Made by a program: the position numbers and the translations under genes. Source: Octopus sinensis (taxonomy: Eukaryota). From it: a stretch of DNA of 64,000 bases. Below the pieces are notes generated by a model. That model worked only from the letters and a program-made list of their open reading frames with translations. It was not told the origin of the DNA and made no database searches. Numbering within the stretch: the stretch's first letter is position 1; each line of letters begins with the position of its first letter. The stretch covers positions 5,270,001 to 5,334,000 of the forward strand of contig NC_043013.1 in the NCBI RefSeq assembly GCF_006345805.1, read 5' to 3'. Positions 45,873 through 58,969 of this stretch are shown here, one piece after another.

Positions 45873-47589
45873 TTTTTATTATCTTTTAAGGCAGCAAGAG
45901 CTGGCAGAACTGTTAGCATGATGGGCAAAGTGCTTTGTGACATTTCATCTGCCTTTATGCTCTGAGTTCAAATGCCAACAGGGTTGATTATGCCTTTCAT
46001 TCTTTTGGGGTCAATAAACTAAGTACCAGTTGAGTACTGGGGTTGATGTAATCGACTTACCCATCTGCCATGAAATTGCTGGCCTTGTGCCAAAATTTGA
46101 AATCGTTATTATTAAGGTGGTACAACAGCTGTACTGTTATATGTCAGTGTATGACTTTGGTAATTCATAGTCTCAGAAATTAAACTACAATCTTCACAAA
46201 TTCTGATGTTTCAAACCAATGAAGCAGCTCAGGTGTAGAAGACTTCCTCAACTAAATCTCTTCCCCTGTCTTTACCATGAGCACCACATATTTTGATTAA
46301 ATTATGAGGGACAGGCATGGCTGTGTAGTTAAGAATTTTGTTTTGGGTTCCGTTTTAATGCATGGCACCTAGTGCAAGTGTCTTCTATTGTAGCCTCAAG
46401 TGTAGACCAAACTGGTAAGGATATATTCAGTTATGATAATCTTAACTAAAGGCTAACATTGTAAAGTACAATGATTATCATCTTCCAATAGAAGTGAAAC
46501 CGGTCTGTAATAATATTGTTTGGAGTAATTTAATTCATTACAATAAAAAAGGAATTGTGCATCTTTTTTTATTATTATTGCTGTATGTGTATATACATAC
46601 ATACATGTTTGTTCCTTCTCGAGCCATGCCTGGCTAATAAGGGCCAGTTTCCCAGTTTCCTTGATGTATAGATTCTCCACCTGGATGGGATGCCAGTCCG
46701 TCGCAGGTGAGCTGCAAGATGCAGGAGGAAAGAGTGAGAGAAAGTTGTGTCGAAAGAGTCAGCAGAATTTCGCCATTGCCTTCTGCCAGAGCCGCGTGGA
46801 GCTTAGGTGTTTCGCTCATAAACACACACACATCGCCGCGATCCCTCGACCGCGAGTCCACTTCTCTAACCACTAGGCCATGTGTCTTCACATACATACA
46901 TACATACATATATCCAAATATAGAGGTAGGGTCAAAAATTGAGGGTTGGGTGGGTGGGTGGGGGCTAAATGCCAATTTAGAAAAGATAAAAATTTTATCA
47001 AAAAGAAAAATGAAAAACAAAACGTTATTACCAACTGTGATGTAGCCAGGGTTGACATACTGAAAGAGGTGGGGAATTTTCTGTTCTGCAGACCTAATTT
47101 CAACAATGGCAACACAAAAGATTCGATGGATTGTCAGAGAAAAAGTATTTCATATGTAATGGATGTACATAAGTAGTTTGTAGCAACCGTATCCAAGGAA
47201 TAATACTTCTTACCTTGTTAGAAATATCGTGCACACTTTTTTTTAAAGCTAAGTCCACATTGTAAAGTGGTTGGTGTTTGGAAGGGCATCCAGCTGTAAA
47301 AACCATGCCAAAAGAGGCCCTGCCAGTGCTGGTGTCACATAAAAAGCACTCAGTCCACTCTGTGGTGTGGTTGGTGTTAGAAAAGGCATCCAGTCATTAA
47401 AAAAACCCCTGCTAAAACAGACTGTGAAGCCTGGTGCAGTCTTCTTCCAAACCAGCCTCTTTCAAAGAGTCCAACCCATGCCAGCATGGAAAACAGACAT
47501 TAAATGATGATGATGACCGAATCAGTTGTAGAGGTGGGTGTTATAAAAACACACAGTAATCAGAATATGGTGAAGGTGCAAAACTGTTT

Positions 47590-48000
47590 CAGGGAACCAT
47601 TACCCGTACCAACAGCAAAGGATTCTCTCTGAGAGTGAAGGGTGGGCTGTTTGCTGCCTGTGTATGGCATGCAATAGAGTATGGCTGGCTAGTAATGAGA
47701 CACATGGGCTGATGACAGAGGATATATGAAAAGTGTACAGATATTACGTGAGTATCTTCTGCTGGATGTGAAATGTAGGCTTGGCTGAGCGACAGAGTTG
47801 TCTTTGCTGCTGGGTACAAGAAAGAAGACTGCAACAATTTGCATATATGACGTGTAGGAATAATGATAGTTGAGTGAAAGAGTGTCAAATGATGCTGGTA
47901 GGAGGAGTCTGTGTAGATGATGGAGATGGAGAATGTAGGAAGAAGTGATGTAGTTTGATCTTAGAATGTGAAGCATCGCAATGGAGATGATGTAAAATCT
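47590..48000 (+). mobile_element. Highly degenerate RTE RT C-terminal fragment
   Basis: SKGFSLRVKGGLFAACV...EYG aligns to TKGLSLRVKGRLYDACV...LHG of the 14198-14659 ORF. Confidence 0.6.
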
Positions 48001-48236
48001 TGATGATTGAAAAAACAGACAAATATATATATATATATATATATTAATCAATTTAGGGTAGTAAAAAATTCGATAGAAATTTATCACTACCAGCGGCCCA
48101 GTGGAAAAGAAAAATAGTCATGAGACTAAAATGTAAATATATAACAATTTAGGAATGGCCTTAACAGGCCATTCGGGCTGCTCTGTCTAGTGGACGAATG
48201 GCCTGTTAAGGCCATTCCTAAATTGTTATATATATA

Positions 48237-48269
<33 letters not shown>

Positions 48270-48274
<5 letters not shown>

Positions 48275-48650
48275 TCTTACTCTCTTTTACTCTTTTACTT
48301 GTTTCAGTCATTTGATTGCAGCCATACTGGAGCACTGCCTTTAATTGAGCAACTCGACCCCGGGACTTATTCTTTTGTAAGCCTAGTACTTATTCTATCG
48401 GTCTCTTTTGCTGAACCGCTAAGTAACGGGGACATAAACACACCAGCATCGGTTGTCAAGCAATGCTAGGGGGACAAACACAGACACACAAACACGCATA
48501 TATATATATACGACGGGCTTCTTTCAGTTTCCGTCTTCCAAATCTGAGGCTATAGTAGAAAACACTTGCCCAAGGTGCCACGCAGTGGGAGTGAACCCTG
48601 AACCATGTGGTTGGTAAACAAGCTACTTACCACACAGCCACTCCTGCGCC
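48270..48650 (-). mobile_element. tRNA-derived SINE
   Basis: Same family, small internal deletion. Confidence 0.8.
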
Positions 48651-48651
48651 C

Positions 48652-48700
<49 letters not shown>

Positions 48701-50027
48701 CAGACATATATATATACACACACACACACACGCACACATATACAAAATGTTTGTGTGTATGCAGTTTCAGGGCTATAGAAGTATGAAAAATTGTGTCCAA
48801 AAACAAAACTGTACACATAATGAAAATTAAATTAAAGATTATAATCACCTTTTTATAATTTTCTGGTAACTTCTGATTAGAATTATCCCTTTGGGATCCA
48901 CTGCTGAGACAATCTTGTATGTATGTTTATATACACATATATATTTATTTATATATGTGTGTATATATCATGTACTTAAAACTGTCGATACAATACACTA
49001 ACATATAAAAAACATTTGTGTATATGTTATTATACGCATATAAAGTTATACAGGTGTGTATATTGTATATACCAATGTATGCAACTGCACTGGTGTCATA
49101 CAGATTGTAAACTTTCACGGTATAACAGTCTGTTTTTATACTGTTAAAGGTGTTACCTGTCTGTCTGTCTGTCTCTTTGTGCATTTCCATTGCATCATGT
49201 CTTTCTACCTGTTTCCTTAATCTTTGATTTAAAATTTCAAACACCCACACAATCTCTCTCTCATTCTCTCTGCCTCTCTATCTCTCTCTCATTCTCTCTG
49301 CCTCTCTATCTCTTCTCTCTAATACTTCTTCCACTTTTCCTTCCATTTTCCCAGTTTGTCAGTTCCATCCTTTATCAGGTCTTCATCTCTCATAAATCAT
49401 ACGGACCCCTATTCCTCACCCTTTACCCCCCCCCACCTACATATAGAGTACATCTTCTGCCTCTCTCTCTCCCTCCTTCCTTTTTATTTCCTCATCAATC
49501 ATACATTCTCCCCCCCATCTCCTCCTCTGATCTCACAATTCTCTCTCTAAGTTTCTACCTCCCACCTTTCCTCCTTCACACTTCTACCAGAGTCTCTCCC
49601 TCTTTCACCTCTCTCTTTATCTCTCAAGTCCCCTCCTCCTCTATTTTTGTCTCCCCCACAACTTCAGTTGTTTTGTAGAGGCCTAATGACTCACACACAC
49701 ACACAACCACAAAAACACATGCCCATATCATTGTCATCATCATCATCATCATCATTTAACATCCATTTTCCCATGCTGGCATGGGTCGGATGACTTGACA
49801 AAAACCAACAAGCTGGAGGAGAGTACCAAGTTCCGAGTTCTGCTTTGGCATGGTTTTTACAGCTGCATGCCCTTTCTAATGCCATCAACTTTACACAGAC
49901 TACTAGAAGCCTTTTATATGGCACCAGCACCAGTGAGGTCATCAAATAACTCAGAAGATGAGACTGACCAACAGGGGTGGCTGCAGTATTGAATGGGGTG
50001 GCTTTAGGCTAGGTGATCAATGGTTAA

Positions 50028-50438
50028 CCCTTTCGTTACTGTATTTATTTTGGGATTTATTTTATTTTATTTTTATTTTATCTAGTTTCAGCTCACGACC
50101 TGTGGCCATGCTGGGGCACCGTCATTTATAAAGGGAATGCTAACAGCACCTAGGTTTCCCATGCGGTCACCCATCTAAGTACTAAGTAGGCTCGATGTTG
50201 CTTAACTTCGGTGATCAGACAAAAACCGGTGCTTTCGACGTGATATGGCTCTGTATTTCTTTCAATTACTTTAAATATAACAAAGAATTTAGTAAAATAA
50301 CTTAGTTATCATTAAGCTAGTGTTAGGAACATAAATAGTGACTAAGGTTTGATGGAAGATTTTAATTCAAAACTTATGAAAACAAGACATTTGTACTTAG
50401 AGCCAGAGCCAATTTCAGCCAGGTTGGTAACAAAAGGG
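50028..50438. mobile_element. piggyBac-like MITE interrupted by a 5S-derived insert
   Basis: TTAA at 50024-50027 and 50439-50442; aligns to 7435-7654 once 50057-50247 is removed. Confidence 0.85.
50057..50250 (-). mobile_element. 5S rRNA-derived SINE-like retroposon (5S head 50250-50136 plus SINE-type tail)
   Basis: Reverse complement GCCATATCACGTCGAAAGCACCGG...GATCACCGAAGTTAAGCAAC...TTAGTACTTAGATGGGTGACCGCATGGGAAACC..GGTGCTGT is 5S lacking about 6 nt at the 5' end; followed by GGTGCCCCAGCATGGCCACAG...CTGAAAC and (TAAAA)n. Confidence 0.85.
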
Positions 50439-50629
50439 TTAAAGTATGACAGAAGGACAGGAACAGATGTCTTGGAGTAGAGAAGATATATGTCTATCCC
50501 AGTCAAAAAAGAAAAGAAGTTTATGAAGAGGTGCCAGGGTGTAAGATATACATACAGATGGAGCCCCATCATTTTTGAGGATTCAGCTGTTTGATCAAAT
50601 AGTAAGTGGCTGAGTATTCTACAGACATA

Positions 50630-50988
50630 GGCGTAGGAGTGGCTGTGTGGTAAGTAGCTTGCTTACCAACCACATAGCACCTTGAGCAAGTGTCTTCTAC
50701 TATAGCCTCGGGCCGACCAAAGCCTTGTGAGTGGATTTGGAAACTGAAAGAAGACCGTCGTATATATGTATGTGTGTGTGTATATGTTTGTGTGTCTATG
50801 TTTGTCCCCCTAGCATTGCTTGACAACTGATGCTGGTGTGTTTACGTCCCCGTAACTTAGCGGTTCGGCAAAAGAGACCAATGGACTAAGTACTAGGCTT
50901 ACAAAGAATAAGTCCTGTGGTCGATTTGCTTGACTAAAGGCGGTGCTCCAGCATGGCCACAGTCAAATGACTGAAACAAGTAAAAGAG
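50630..50988 (+). mobile_element. tRNA-derived SINE
   Basis: Same family, head to tail. Confidence 0.8.
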
Positions 50989-51865
50989 ACGTGTGTACCG
51001 TTAATATGATTCTCAGACAAACTCAGAGAGATGCAAGAGAGACAAGCAGGACCTTTTGAATTACAGGTACAATCCCTCCAACAAGTGCCTCATTTCATCA
51101 ACCCAAGGCCATGGTAAAAAACACTTACCCAAGATGCCATGCAATGGAAGAGAACCTGGGACCTTGCAATTGTATAACAAATTTCTTAACCATTCAGCTA
51201 TGCATATCATCTCTGTCCTGCAGCCTCCCACACTTTCTCTCTCCTTCTCCTGCACTTCCCTTAGGATGGGCAACCATATATTTTCTTTGCGCTTAGCGCA
51301 CCTGTTTCTATCTTGATCCCTGATCTTTCTCTCGCCAGCTGGGTAACCTTGTACTCCCTCTTCAGCAAGACACCTATATCTATCTCACTATAACCTTTTC
51401 ATCATCACCTCCTCCCCTCTTAAAAGTTTTCGTCTTGCAAGTACTTGGTGACCCTGTCAGTGCAGATGTTACTTAAAAGCACCCAGTCCATACTGTAAAG
51501 TGGTTGGTGTTCAGAAGGGTATCCAGCTGTAAAAACCTTGCCAAAACTGACCTCGTTTGTGCTTGTGTCATATAAAAAGCACTAGGTCCACTCTGCTGAG
51601 TGGTTGGTGTTAGGAAGGGCATCCAGCTGTAAAAATGCTGCAAAAACAGTCACAGAAGTACCCATGCTAGCATGGAACACGGATGTTAAATGACGATGAT
51701 GATGATGATGATATATATATATATATATATAAAATGAGTAGTATAAGATATAGATTCAGAGAATCATGTGGCTATCACAGTAAGCTCCTCCTATGGACTC
51801 CGCTACCAGTCCACATCATAATCAATTACAAAGTAGTGTATTGTAAAGTATCCATGTAACTAACA

Positions 51866-52096
51866 CAGTGGTTCTCAACTGGGGTCCATACGGCCCTTTA
51901 GGGGTCAATATAAGATTTTGCTGTTAAAATTTATCTGCAATAAATTAGTTATACATCAACATTACACAAAATGTTTTAAGAATTATTTTATACAATACAG
52001 TTCTATATTTAAGAGATGGGGAATCATATACATTGTTTACATTCGATGGATATTTGTCCTCATCTTGTTTGTTACTAACACAACGTTTCGGCTGAT
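51866..52096. mobile_element. hAT-like MITE end joined to an antisense F1 hammerhead-element 3' half
   Basis: CAGTGGTTCTCAAC start; 52077-52094 reverse complement is CAGCCGAAACGTTGTGTT; homologous arrangement at 63055-63310. Confidence 0.55.
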
Positions 52097-55000
52097 GAAA
52101 TCAAATAGGGATAGAAAAGTGGACTAGGGATCAACAGGGGTTGATAAAAATTCAATTATTGAAAAAGTTTAACCTTAAATCTGGTATATGCAATCAAGGA
52201 AACTGGATGTTTGAATGAGATTTCTTCAGCTCTAATATAAGAATCAGTGAAATAAACTTTCACTGAGGTTGCAAATAGGTTCTCAGCTGAATAAAACTCT
52301 GGTATATACAGTTGGAGCAATGTTAAATTAAAATGACCATCTATGGATCACACTAGGGATAGGCTTTGAATATACGTCAATGAAAAGGTCTAAAAAGGCG
52401 AAAATGCATCTGGTATTCTTGCTGGTTGCTGCTGGGGTGAGTTTTCGTCTCACTTCAATATTTATTGTTTTTAACACAGCACATCCATAAAAGATGTTAT
52501 CTCTAGATGAAAATCAACTGTAACTGGCCTATCAGCAGTGTACATACATTGAGCATGATACGCAGCTGGCTTTTTTTTTAAATTTGAATATTTCAATCAT
52601 ATCTAATCTGTGTCTTGGTGACGGAGGAAAGCTGTCAAAGCCAGAGGGGATTTTACATGAATTTACTGAGCTATTGCAAGGGAGATAACTGTTAATAAAC
52701 TTTTTTCATGAAGGAGCCCCCTTGAAGTCGTTCAACCTGCTAAACATTTAGATATTTCCCTCATTTTAAACTCTGCACTATTTTTTTTTTTACAAAAAGG
52801 AAGGCGTGGGATAAGTAGTACTAGATACAATAAAACATAAATGTTGACCTCGTCTGCCTTAGTGAGTGAGATTGAAGGATAAACGAGATATCGTGGGATA
52901 GATAGGGACGTATATTCCCCCACAAAACCCTATTTACATAATGTAGGTCATCGTAAATAGATAAAGGGATCAATATACATAATAACTTTATTAATGATAG
53001 ACAGAAAAGGAAGACTATGAGGTCGCAGAAAAGCTTGTGTAACGAGATGTGTAAGAATAATGTCTCCTCACCAAGGATTAGCAGAATCATAACAGCTTCA
53101 GACGAAATAGGTTTGAGGCTATTTCTCTCAGCTCTTTATGCTATGAGTTCAAATCACGCTGAGACTAAGTTCGCTTTTCATCCCTCCAAGGTTGAAAATT
53201 AAAGACCAGTCAATGGTATTGACGAATTTCTCCGCCCTCAAAATTATTTTTATCTTTTGTCGTTTACTCGTTTCAGTGGCCAGGCTGGGGCATCACCTCA
53301 AAGAGTTTTTCAGTCGAAAGAATCTACTCAATATTTATTTCTTTAAACCTGGTACTTATTCCATTGGTCTTTTTCGCCAAACTGCTAAGTTACAGGTATG
53401 TAAGCACCAAGACTGGTTGTCATGCAGTGTTGGGGCACCTTGGACAAATGTCTTCTATTATAGCCTTGGGCTGACCAAAGCCATGTGAGTGCATTTGGTA
53501 GACGGAAACTGAGAGAAGCCTACTGTGTATATAAACACACACATATATACATGATGGGCTTCCTTCAGTTTCCAGTTACCAAATCCACTCAGAAGGCTTT
53601 GGTCAGCCCAAGGTTATAACAGAAGACAGTTGCTCGAGGTGCCACATGGCAGGACTGAACTTGGAGCCATGTGGTTGAAAAGTCAGCTTCTTACCACGCA
53701 GTCACACCTGTTTTGTGTTAAAATTAAAAACAATTAAGTGTAGGAGGTAATTTTCTAATGAGCTGCATCTGTAGCCCACTTCCTTCCCTTATTACGAAAG
53801 GGAAGAATTCAGGTGTTCTCACTTTGATTTTATCACCATCATTCTGACACACCTGTTGGATAGGTAAATTTACCTGCAAGTTTTAATATCCAGTTTGAAA
53901 TAGCTGAAAGGCATTTATATCTTGGTTAAAGCTTTTGCCAGCCAAACAGGTGTGCTCAAGAACAGCGTGGTGTATTTTTAAAAATTTAGTCTTGGTGGTG
54001 GTGACGTGGAGTTACTGTCTTCATCTATGACTAATTTGTGTGTGTACGTAAGCACACACGCATACTTTTGCAACATCTACATGTATATCTATGTTTAGTG
54101 ATATACAAATACGTATCACGAATACAAATACATTCTCATAGCTATTGATAGACACATATGCAGATTTTACAAAACGTGTCAATGCAGATTGATTGATTGA
54201 TAGATAGATAGATTGACTTGATATTATAATATATCATCATCATCTGATGATGATGATGTATATACATATATATAAATACTAAGATGGATTGATATAGAGA
54301 GATAACTTGATTTTATATATACAGACAGACAGATGGCTTGATATTATATATATTACACACACACAGATAGATATAGATGGATTGGACAGATAGATAGTTG
54401 GAAAGATAGGTAGATAGATATATAAATAGATAGGAAGATATATATATAATTCTATTTATTATAAACCTAAAACTTAATTTCACTAACTATTATTCTGAGT
54501 CTCATATATGTTTCCCCACCATCAGATAACAGATCACAAATCTGAAACTCAAAGCAGCAATTGTTGAAATTTTTTCCTTAGAAATAAACTTAGATAAGAT
54601 CCTACAATATATATTATGAGGACACTTCATTATCTTTCTTTTTCACTCATTTTTTTTTTTTGTGCCTAGCAAAATCTACATACATACCTATGTCCAAAGT
54701 TTCTGGAGTAGAGAACGGGTCAAAGATGAACTGACAATAATTGAACACAGAGCATGTATGGAAATATGTGTGGACCTGGTTGTGTGGTTAACAAACTTGT
54801 TTTGTAACCATGGTATTTTAGGTTCAGTCCCACTGCATGGTTACTTGGGCAATTGTTTTCTACTAAACCTATGGGGCTAACCAATGCCTTGTGGGTTTGG
54901 TAAACAAACACCGTATAGAAGCCTGTTGTGTGAGTGTGTGTGTGTGTGTGTGTAAAGGCTTCACTTCCACACACGCCAGCTTAATTTAATTCTTCCCTAG

Positions 55001-55269
55001 TCGAAAAACACCTGTTGTTAATGTCTTGTTCGTATTTGTAATTGTATACAATTTCTCCATTTTTTGCATCCTTGTTTTCATATACATTTGCTTGCTTTCT
55101 TCCAAAGAATGGGTGATCAAGAATTTGATGTGAAAAGATTGCAACCAGAAATGAAACACAGCAGCTATTCTGTGAAGGTCTGGGAAGCAATTTGGAGCAT
55201 GGTTGATCAGAGCTGGTGGAGTGTGAGGGTAAAATAAACTCAAATAAAAATGTGTGCATATAGCAGAAA

Positions 55270-56133
55270 GGACTCCTTCCAAACTTCTCCAGTGGTGAAA
55301 TGATTAAAGAAGACTCTCTATTTATGGAAGATGGGATTCCTTGTCACACGGTTAAAATGACCCAAGATTTGTTGGAAAAGAATGGCATTAGAAAGCTTCC
55401 ATAGCTAATCTAGTCACCAGATATGAACTGTATAGAACACCTCTGGGGCATAATGGAAAGGACATTTCGTAAACAGAACAAGAAAGCCTCTTCAAAGCCA
55501 GATCTTTTGAGATTATTGCATGAAAGTCAACAAGAAATTCCGCAAGAGAATATTCACCATCTGATCAGTAACATGCCTAATAGGGCCCTTGCATTGAAAA
55601 ATGCAAAGGGCATGTCTACTCTTTTACTTGTTTCAGTCATTTGACTGTGGCCATGTTGGAGCACCACCTTTAGTCAAGCAAATCGGCCCCAGGACTTATT
55701 CTTTGTAAGGCTAGTACTTATTCTATCGGTCTCTTTTGCCGAACCGCTAAGTTACGGGGACATAAACACACCAGCATCGGTTGTCAAGCGATGTTGGGAG
55801 GACAAACACAGACACACAAACATACACACACACACATATATATATACACATATATACGACGGACTTCTTTCAGTTTCCATCTACCAAATCCACTCACAAG
55901 GCTTTGGTCGGCCCGAGGCTATAGTAGAAGACACTTGCCCAAGGTGCTACGCAGTGGGACTGAACCCTGAACCATGTGGTCGGTAAGCAAGCTACTTACC
56001 ACACAGCCACTCCTACGCCTAAATATCAAATGTTCACATTATAATAACTAACAAATAATTTGAATGGATAAATTCAGATTTAAATAAATTTTAATGATTA
56101 TAAGGGTGTCAATTTACTTCTTTCATGTCTGTG
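55270..56133 (+). mobile_element. Tc1-like 3' half (DDE C-part) with a nested SINE at 55617-56019
   Basis: EDGIPCHT...SPDMNCIEHLW motif; right TIR 56100-56133 matches 41049-41082, followed by TA. Confidence 0.8.
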
Positions 56134-56807
56134 TATATATAATGGCACTCTGTTGGTTATGATGATGAGGGTTCCAGTTGATCTGATCAACGGAACAGCC
56201 TGCTCGGGAAATTAATGTGCAAGTGGCTGAGCACTCCACAGACACGTGTACCCATTCAGACTGACCCTTTGAAATACAGGTACAACAGAAAGAGTGAGAG
56301 AAAGTTGTGGTAGAAGAGTACAGCAGGGTTTGCCACCAGCTCCTGCTGGAGCCATGCGGAGCTTTAGGTACTTTCGCTCAATAAACACAATGCCCAGTCT
56401 GGGAATTGAAACCGCGAGTCCACTGCCCTAACCACTGGGCCATTGCACATATCCCATCAATCTAAAAACTCTCCCAACCTCATTGACTATTTCCTTATCT
56501 TCCATGGCATTTTAATCTCTCACATGTCTTTTCCCTAACCCTAACCCAATGACCGAAGTATTCAGGGTGTTGCCACTTTGATCTTATCACCTTTTTTCTG
56601 ACACACCTGTCTGAAAGGTAAATTTACCTGCTAGTCTTACTATCCAGTTTGTAGTAGCTGGCAGGCATTTATAAATCTTTGCCAACCAAACCAGTTTAAG
56701 GACAGAAGAGTATATTTTCAAGAACTGAGGAGGGATAGGGGTAGGATTATTATACTAACCCAATTAATGTGTGTGTATATGTATGCATGTGCCTATATAT
56801 ATATATA

Positions 56808-56858
<51 letters not shown>

Positions 56859-57458
56859 ATATATATATACGTCAAAAAGAAAATGGACGGGATACTAAAA
56901 TGACATACATCAGCCAGTAGACATTCTATTATGTCTGTTTAATCCCAAACAAAAGGGAGTATTATAAGAATAGATACACATGCAAAGACTGTGTGCTACA
57001 CAAATGTACACTAGTAATAGTAATAATAGTTTAAGGTTGGTTGGCTTCCCAACCTCTAACTCTCACAGAAATATATATGTATGTATGTATATATATATAT
57101 ATATTAGGAAGGGCATCCTGGAGTTAGGAAGGGTATCCAGCTGTAGAGACACTGCCAGATCAGACTGGAGCCTGGCGCAGCCTTCTGGCTTCCCAGACCC
57201 CAGTCGAACCGTCCAACCCATGCTAGCATAGAAAACGGATGTTAAACGATGATGATGATGATATATGCAAGAAGAAAATGAGGGTTCCTCCATATTCTTC
57301 TTGCATATATAATTTAAACTACGGTTTACCCGCTCAATTACCTACCACCGTTTACCTTTTACCAAGGACTGTACTTACGCAGGTAATTACCAGGAGTGCC
57401 TTTGGATCTAACCATCCCTTAGAGTTTTTAAACACCTCTAAATTATACCTATATATAT

Positions 57459-57512
<54 letters not shown>

Positions 57513-57595
57513 TATTATATTATAAAATTGGATTCAATCCTAAATCTGATTTTTCCCTGTAAGTTTGGATTTATTCCCTAATATTTATTATTAAT

Positions 57596-57627
<32 letters not shown>

Positions 57628-58117
57628 TACACATTTACATTAGACTTTTAAAAGAACTGAAACTTGACAGCTATGTTGTCAAAATTTTACTTCATCGTGA
57701 AAGGTAAATAAACCGACTGTGTCTATGAGATTATTGAGAGAGGAATTGGAACCATGTAGACAAGTTGCATATGAACCGAAAGATGCATGTCTCATTTGTA
57801 ACACTTCATATGCAGATACAGGATTATCCACCATCCAGTCCACTCTGCTGAGTGGTTGGTGTTAGGAAGGGCATCCAGCTGTAAAAATCCTGCCAAAACA
57901 GTTACAGAAGTCTGGTGCAGGCTTTGGTCTGGCCAGCGCTTGTGGTATCGTCCCATCCATGCTACCATGGAACATGGACATTAAATGATGATGGATATGT
58001 GCCCCCATCTTATTTGTTGTTAGCACAACGTTTTGGCTGCTTTGTGCATGTGAATATGAAATTTTTTTGGTCCCATTTACTTTGGCTTACATTATATAAA
58101 TAGATGCAGCACAGAAT

Positions 58118-58168
58118 TTTGTCAGTGAACAGGTCGCGGACTCAAAGCGACAAAAATATTTCGACAAA
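58118..58168 (+). ncRNA. Hammerhead ribozyme-like motif with G3:C8 core, family F5, copy B
   Basis: TTTGTCA-GTGAACA-G-GTCGC(GGACTCAAA)GCGAC-AAAA-ATA-TTT/CGACAAA; G12 to A lesion; 3' tail to 58304 matches 38402-38530 inverted. Confidence 0.55.
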
Positions 58169-58583
58169 TTAAATTTAAATGTTGAAGTGAATCTAACGGT
58201 TTTTGTGTGTTTCTTAAATAGCTTATAAACACCTTCCACGCTGCAATTGTTTTCGTTCCAGCACACAATCTCAGATCAGGTCACTTACTATGCAAGTACA
58301 TCTCTGTAATATATAAATAGGGTTTTTAGGAATAATTGTCCTTATCTGCATTACAAGTTCACGTTTTTTCTTCAATCTAGTCCACTAAACCACACGTGCT
58401 TGACACCTATGTTTTTAGCGTATCTAGTTCTACTTACCCTGCCATCTTTGGTTTGGCTGTGTGTCACCCTGGGTAAGTGTCTTCTACTGTAGCACTCAGG
58501 TTGACCAGTGCTTTGCAGATAAATTTGGGAGATAGAAACTGCATATGTGTCTGTGTGTGAGTACATATGTGTGTGTCTGCGTA

Positions 58584-58969
58584 TTCTTTTACTTGTTTCA
58601 GTCATTTTGACGATGGCCATGCTGGAGCACTGCCTTTAGTCAAACAAATCGACCCCAGGACTTATTCTTTGTAAGCCTGGTACTTATTGTATCAGTGTCT
58701 TCTGCCGAACCACTAAGTTATGGGGGATGTAAACACACCAGCATCGGTTGTCAAGCGATGTTAAGAGGTAAACACAAACACACAAGTATATACATACACA
58801 TACATATATACGATGGGCTTCTTTCAGTTTCCATCTACCCAATCCACTCACAAGGCTTTGGTCGGCCTGAAGCTATAGTAGAAGACACTCACCCAAGGTG
58901 ACATGCAGTGGGACCGAACCTGGAATCATGAGGTTCGTAAGCAAGCTACTTACCACACAGCCACTCCTA
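58584..58969 (-). mobile_element. tRNA-derived SINE
   Basis: Same family. Confidence 0.8.

Noticed and set aside
50136-50250. Functional 5S rRNA gene
   Set aside because: Lacks the first 6 or so nt and a T4 terminator, is fused to a SINE tail, and interrupts a MITE.
52130-53100. Possible decayed endonuclease/transposase frames, and an MHLVFLLVAAG-GTGAGT signal-peptide-like exon
   Set aside because: Frames break every 30-60 codons with no diagnostic motif, and the nearest acceptor leads to a stop.
54231-54258. (CAT)n-(GAT)n palindrome containing CTGATGA
   Set aside because: Microsatellite inversion; no stem II or GAAA, so not a hammerhead or C box.
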